This document shows, one piece after another, positions 55,819 through 64,000 of a stretch of 64,000 nt of DNA. A program made the position numbers and the translations under genes. The stretch is from NCBI RefSeq assembly GCF_009914755.1, contig NC_060944.1; one strand, 5' to 3'. The notes beneath the pieces are model-generated. The model was not told the DNA's origin, made no database searches, and was given only the letters and a program-made list of their open reading frames with translations. Position 1 is the first letter of the stretch, and each line of letters begins with the position of its first letter. This stretch comes from the human T2T-CHM13v2.0 reference genome, Homo sapiens.

Positions 55819-58800
55819 TCCATAGTTTTTAAGAGCGCCGTTAGGCTGGATATTCCTTATACTCTGTTCCTAATACTGTCAGTTCCTTAGGGAGGACTTT
55901 GGAGCTCTCTATTCTTATAGCCTGCCTCTCACTTTTGGAAAATCACTGAGTTCCTTCTAAGGAGCTGTTTTGGAAAGAGTGGTTCACTTTTCTCAGAGTG
56001 ACAGCCCTGCTTTACCAACTGGGCTCTGACCATGAGCCAGAACATCCTCTGATGTTGTTGGCAGGCATTCACTGGCATGAAAATTCTGCCTGGCAAATGA
56101 GCTGTGCCGAGGGCTATGGGGGTCTCAGCATTCTTGACCTACAATGCCTGGGATAGAACCTCTCCACTACAAGTAGTGTTGGGTGGAAGAATGGAGCTCT
56201 GTACCTCTTCATCACACTCACCTGGAATCTCTGCAATACAACCTTGGAATGGGTTTGAGAGATGCTGGCAACCTTTTGCCTCTGGTGAGATATCATAACC
56301 CTTTAAAGGGAAGTGAGAGGAAAGAGACTCTCCCATTACTTGGCTAGATGTGCCCTGAGTGAAGCTTCCCTCATATTGAGCTAGGATATAGAAAGTATAG
56401 AGTGGGTTATGACTCAAATGCTGTAGACACTCTGTGTTCTTTCAAGGTTTAGTAGAGTTTTAAAAATAAATGTATGCACTTAAGACAATTCCCAAAGACT
56501 TCAAGTGGCTGTTTTAAAAAATAACTTTTATCAAGTATGATTGTTTGGTTTGAGGGTATTTCCATGGATCTCCTTACACTGCTATTCCAGAGGAGAAGCC
56601 ACCAGGTCACTCAACTCTTAGTATCATCTACTGGAAACTGGCTAAGACAGTATTTATGTGCTTCTCTCACAATAACAGGAAGATAACTATATCACACAAT
56701 GGATATGGCAGTTGGCTTGACTGCAGTAATCATTTAACTATGTATATGTATATCAAAACATCATGTTGCATACCTTAAATATGTACAATAAAAATAAAAT
56801 CTAAAAGAAATAAAATAAAAATAACTTTCACCAGCTGTGGTTGTTGGTTTGGAGTAATCCAAGGAACTCTTCACACCATTCCCTAGCAAGACTTGCCCAA
56901 TTATTTTCTTCTTAATTTCAAAGAAGTCTATTTGGCTCTGTGAAAATACAAGTATCTGACTGGTTCACAAAACCACTAGGAAACCTAGAAATTCAAGTTA
57001 AAAGAAAAGGCAAAAACAAAGAAGTCATTGAATGCAGAATCACAGTCAAAATTAGTCAGATATTGGCCTTTGTGGAGCTCATTGGTGCTACCTCAGAGTA
57101 GATGGAGGTTACACATCTCTCAGCCAATATGCCAAAGCCAGATGCTCTTCAATGCATGGGCCATCATTTCCATTTCTCTTCTGAGAAGTCAAATACAGCT
57201 GCCATTGCTGTAACTGCCCCAGAAATGAATCTTCACCTCCTACTATCACTAGCTCCCAAGTGCAGCCCAGAGTTTGTGCATCTGATGATCTGAACACGGC
57301 ATGTACTCACATAAGGTTGTCTCTCAGTGGAGGCAGGGAAAACAAGTGTCCAGACTTTCCTATTCTGTTATAAAAAGTGGCAGAGCCTCTGGATTTCAGG
57401 GCTTATGTGGTTAATTCCCCCAAAATAGGAATGACATTCTTATGCTTAGAAGCCAAGAAATGTCTACAACACCCACACTCATTACATCTTGAGTCCTGGA
57501 GCAAGGAACACTTTGTATTTTCTTCTCGCAGATTATATTCTATGTAGCCCCATCTGTGCTACCAACTTTCTGTAGGATCTTGGACAATCACTGTCTGCTT
57601 CTGATGCTCAGAATACCTGCTAGAAAAAAAAATAAAATAATAAACAAAAAAAATAAGAAGGGCTTTGAGGTTAGTGGGCCCTCTGTGCATTCATGACTAT
57701 GATATTCCTTGATTATACAGACACTTATGCCTCATTCAGGCAACTATGGATTCTTTGTTGAGGACAGATGAAGAAGGGAAAGAAAGATGAAGGGTTCTGG
57801 GACCACAAAAACTGTTTTAAATTACCAAGAGAAAGCAGATGCAGTATTCTATGAGATTTGTGAGTAGAGAAGCCAGAAAGTATTATTTTAGGCACAACTC
57901 AACTGATACCACCCTCCAACAAATACCTGGAGTCCTCTGGCAACACAGCTTTACTGAACCAAGGAGCCCAGATAGCATCTCTCCAGGCTCCGGATGCACC
58001 CCAGGGATAGAGCAGTGAACGTCACAGACGACCTCAGGTACATTGGAGCCGCTCTCCAGGGCCTTGCAGACTCAGTTCTAGCCAGCCATTTGTGTCTGTC
58101 CCTAGGATCACAGAGTGTCCAGGAGTCAGGCCAAGCCAGGCCCTGAATTCTTTCCAGATTGTAATAAATGTCCTGAGTCATAATCTTCCATTGAATTTGG
58201 AGTCGAAATACCTGCTGACATATAGAAAACTGCCCTCATCTAACAAAGGGGAATATTGCTTAGGATTGAGGAGTAAAGCTGAAAATGAAAAAAATCAGTC
58301 CTGATTTCAAGTCATTTTTCTTTCCATAGGATGTAGACTAAGACAGGAAGATGCAAGCATCTTGCTCATAAAACCATTGTTCCATCAGTTTGGCCTGACG
58401 CTGGGTGAGAGGGGTAGGGTTATAATAGAAATTCCAGACCAACAGAACAATATAAGTCAAAGTGTGGAATTACAGTAAACATATTGATTTCAGCATTATT
58501 TATGACCGCAAAATGTTGGGAACAACCAAAATACCCATACAGAAAAGAGTGGTTGTATAAATGATAGTACAACTATAAAATGAAGTACTGTGTAGCTATT
58601 CAAAGGTACACGGAAGATGTCCATGAACTGATGTATGTTAATTATAAATACATTGTGGAATGATAAATTTAAAGTGTCTTATAACAATGAATACAAAATA
58701 AGAAAATATCCATTTACCTACTCATTGCAGGAAAAAAGAAAAAAGAAAGGAAAAACCCAGAGACCAATGAGAGTGGTCACCTATGTGGTCAGGAATTGGT

Positions 58801-59123
58801 AGAAAGGAAAGAGAGAATGGAGATGGATATCTGATTCTTCTCTGAATGTACCTTTATGCACAGATCTGACTGGGGAGCCATGTGAAAATTTCACATACTC
58901 GGATGAATAAATAAATGAATAAACCCCACAGGATTGAGAGATAATTTGTAATCAAATACAAACTATTTGTTTGACAAACCAACCAGCAAACAAATAAACC
59001 ATAGATATGAGAGGACCATGAAGATTAAAGAAACTTCCATTTGCGAAACCATTATAAAACGTAATGAAGATGAATAAACACTCATTACAGAATATCAAAT
59101 CAACCATTATCATGAGGTTTTCT

Positions 59124-60686
<1,563 letters not shown>

Positions 60687-61242
60687 TTATCATGAGGTTT
60701 TCTGTACTCCTTTGGTGTCTCCATGCACAGTGATCCCAACCTCATGTGCTTTGTGTTGTGCTCTTGCAAATTCTCTCTTCACCAGGCAGAGGGCTTTGCT
60801 TAATCTGCTAGTCCTTGCCACAGCAAGGACTTCAAGAGACTACATAGTCCCATTTTCTCATCTTACAATATCTAGAACTGAGGCTGGAGATAGAAGGAAC
60901 TTGCCCAGAATCATTACTGGGTAATCAGCCTCATAAGTGAAAAGACAAATTATACTTTATTTAACTTGCAGTCCTTGAACTATGAATGAAGCTATAATTG
61001 TTTTCATACATGCATTAACTGTTTGTATTATAATTTCTCTAAATACCTGATGGAGCTCATATCTTACACTCTTTATTAGATGATATGCCCTTCTTTATCA
61101 CAGTGAAGAAATTTTTTCAATATGCTATGAAATTCACCCTTTATCTGATATATGTTTATTAATGTTTTCCATTTTCTGTTCATTACTTTTTCTTTATCTA
61201 TGGCTGGTTTTGCCTCACAATTTAAACATTTTTGTATAGTTT

Positions 61243-61955
61243 TAAATTTTTTTCAAATTTTATTTTAGATACAGGGGGTACATGTTCAGGTTTGTTACAT
61301 GGGCATATTGTGTGATGCTAAGGTTTGGGGTATAGATCCCATCACCCAGGTAGTGAGCGTAGTATCCAATAGATAGTTTCTCAACCCATGCCCACTTCCC
61401 TCTCTCTTCCTTCTAGTAGTCTGCAGTGTCTGTTGTTCCCGTGTTTATGTCAGTGTGTGTTCAATGTTTAGCTCCCACTTATAAGTGAGAACATGTGGTA
61501 TTTGGTTTTCTGTTCCTGCATTAATTTGCTTAGGATAATGACCTCCAGCTGCATCCATGTTCCTGCAAAAGATAGGATTTCATTCTTTTTATGGCTATGT
61601 AGTATTCTATGGTATATACATGTCATATTTTCTTTATCTAATCAACCATTTATGGGCACCTAGGTTGATTCCATATCTTTGCTATTGTGCATAGCAAAGC
61701 AATGAACATGAGTGCAGGTGTCCTTTTTGTAGAGTGATTTATTTTCCTTTTGGGATATACCCAGTAGTGGAATTGCTGGGTCAAACGGTGGCTCTGTTTT
61801 AAGTTCTCTGAGAAATCTCCAAACTGCTCTCCACAGTGGGGCTGAATTAATTTACATACCAACTAACCAAAGGGGAAAGAAGATATAAGCATTCTCTTTT
61901 CTCCACAGCCTACAGCATCTGTTGTTTTTTGACTCTGAAATTACAGCCATTCTGC
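61243..61955 (-). mobile_element. Older L1PA 3' end
   Basis: gggggtacatgttcaggtttgttacatggg...tatacccagtagtggaattgctgggtc. Confidence 0.85.
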
Positions 61956-64000
61956 AACAGTCCCCTCTGGAACATCAACCCAGTGGCCTGAGAACTGTTC
62001 CTGTACCCCAGCACCCACAGGGGCTGCTGCTTTCTCTGAATTGGAAGACTCAGAGTGCAAACCTGCCTGACCCAGCCCCCACCTGGCTTTGTTCTGCCAC
62101 CTGCCCTGGTAGCTTAATACAAAAAACAGAAACTCTTGGAAGCTCTATGGCCCCAACTATTGCCTGAGAAACCAGAGGGCAATCTAAAGCAAGCAAAAAT
62201 CCCACTGCTACTACCATAGCTGGTGCTTTTTTGCAAGCACCACCTCCGGGCTGGAGGCCAACCAACACAGTCCATTATAGCATCTCCCGGTAGAATAACA
62301 CTGCACCTAGGAAGGAGAAAATGGCTGAGGAATCTCAGCTATCACCACTGCCTGTACCCCTCTGACTAACCAGGAGGTACTGATTCTGTCCAAGTGACCA
62401 GTTCAGTGCTACTATAACCAGTGTTCAAGAAAACCAACACACTAAGGCTATCAATAACCAAGGAATCTCACAGAGTCTGCATCACTCCCCTGCTACCCTC
62501 ATGACTGGTGTGGCTACCCACTGCTGGGAGACTTGAGGACAGGCCACATCACCAGATCTCTTGCAGACATTCCCCAGTACTGGCCTGGAGTGTGGCAACT
62601 TCACTGGGCAGCTAGATCCAGAGGAGCATTTGAGAATTCTCAGTGCCCTACTCTAAAAGAGTTTGCTGCTATAGTGGCATGACATTTTTAGGGGTGAGCT
62701 TGCAGGGTTATTTCTCAGGTCAGGGTTGTGTGCATGCAGTTGGTGGATCACCCAGTTGTGGTCTGGCTCACTGGCATTGGAACCAGGGTGCCATGATACC
62801 AACAGGGAACATGGGTATATGTTTGCTGGGCCAGCATGAGGCATGCCTGCCAGGAGTGGCATATGTAGCTGTTTCTCAGTCTCAGGACATGGATGCACAG
62901 CTGCTCAGATAGCCTGAGGTCACGTCTGTCAGGAGCAGCCCACTGGGCTGTTTCTCAGGCCGAAGACATGGGTACAAGGCTACTTGGGTAGCCTAGTGGC
63001 ATGTCTGCTGGAGGAGGGAACAGGGCTGCCTCTTTGGCCTTTGACACAGCTGCATGGCTGCTTGGCTAGTCTTTGGGCATTTCTGTGAGGGGTGGCACAA
63101 GAAGTGGTTTTGTTGTCCCAGGGTCCAAGCATGGGGCTTCTTGTTAGGCCTTGGGGCATGCCCACCAAGGCAGACTGTGGAGTTCTTTCTCAGTGGTGAG
63201 ACAAAGGCCCATAGCTGCTTGGCTGGCCTGGGCATATCCACCAGGGGTGGCCATTGGCTGTTTCTCAAGTTTGGGACATGGACTCTTTGCTACTTGGGCA
63301 GTCTGGGGTCATGCCCACTAAGGGTAGCTTGTGGGACTGTTTCTCAGGCCCTTATTTAAAAGATTGGGTCACTGGGCAAGCCATGGATGTATCTGTGGAG
63401 GGCAAGGGTGCTGCAGGGCTGTTTCTCAGGTATTGAGGGAGGACCATATCAGCTGCTTGGAGCTCAGGGGCCCCTCCTGCTTAGTAGAGGGTATGTGGCA
63501 GTTTGGCTAGTTCAAGGACAGGCTTACTTGGTACGACTGGACAATTATTCCCCAGCTGAAATGCAGTGGCATGAGTTGGTTTCCCTGCTGTGCCAGAATA
63601 GAGTCACAGCCAATCCTGGGCTCGAACTCTGCACAGCTGGGGTTGTGGAGTTCAGCCACTATGTGACCTTGGCGTAATGAAGATGGAGCCCAAATGCTGG
63701 AGAAGTGTGGTTGTCAGAAGTTCCAGAGGAGGCTACACTCCAGAGGGGGCTCTGTTGTCAAGATGGGACTGTGCTGCGGCAGCTTGGCCCAAGTGGGTGA
63801 GTGGGATGTGGGTAGTGCACACCTTGTGCCCCTAATGCAGGGCAATACAGCTGTGTGAATTCCCAGCAGCTCTCCAAACTGGGCTCAGGACTTTAAAGGA
63901 CTGTGGGATTCTCCTCTTGTAAGGATAGTACATGTTTGCAGTCACAAGGTGACTGGTGGGGACCTTCTCCTTACATTTTCCCTGCAACAGGAAGACCCTC
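61956..64000. mobile_element. L1 5'UTR-type fragments (sense ~61956-62640; antisense repeated units ~62700-64000)
   Basis: Recurrent gggctgtttctcagg units and L1 5'UTR-like motifs. Confidence 0.55.

Overview
Human-type genomic DNA from the WFDC protease-inhibitor cluster (PI3 lies at 20q13.12). The only intact protein-coding gene is PI3 (elafin/trappin-2, + strand, 3 exons, 117 aa, about 38.8-40.4 kb), with a readable kB / GC-box / CATAAA promoter. A disabled Wfdc15-like WAP gene lies on the - strand at about 2.4-2.8 kb (ATG>AAG, frameshift, Cys>Tyr). The main hidden structure is an old inverted duplication, left arm ~7980-27655 versus right arm ~38270-58995, around a ~10.6-kb L1-rich spacer. 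It places a PI3-paralogous promoter and exon 1 (donor GT>AT, exons 2-3 not found) head-to-head with PI3. A third, more decayed PI3-type promoter/exon 1 sits at ~51.2-51.3 kb in a segment deleted from the left arm. Identity between the arms is uneven, suggesting gene conversion. The rest is transposable elements (HERV-L/MLT2, full-length THE1, nested L1s, Alus, MER30, Tigger3) with several small rearrangements. Repeat subfamily names come from recalled consensus features, identities from manual counts, and old-repeat boundaries are approximate. Novelty relative to published WFDC-locus work could not be checked.
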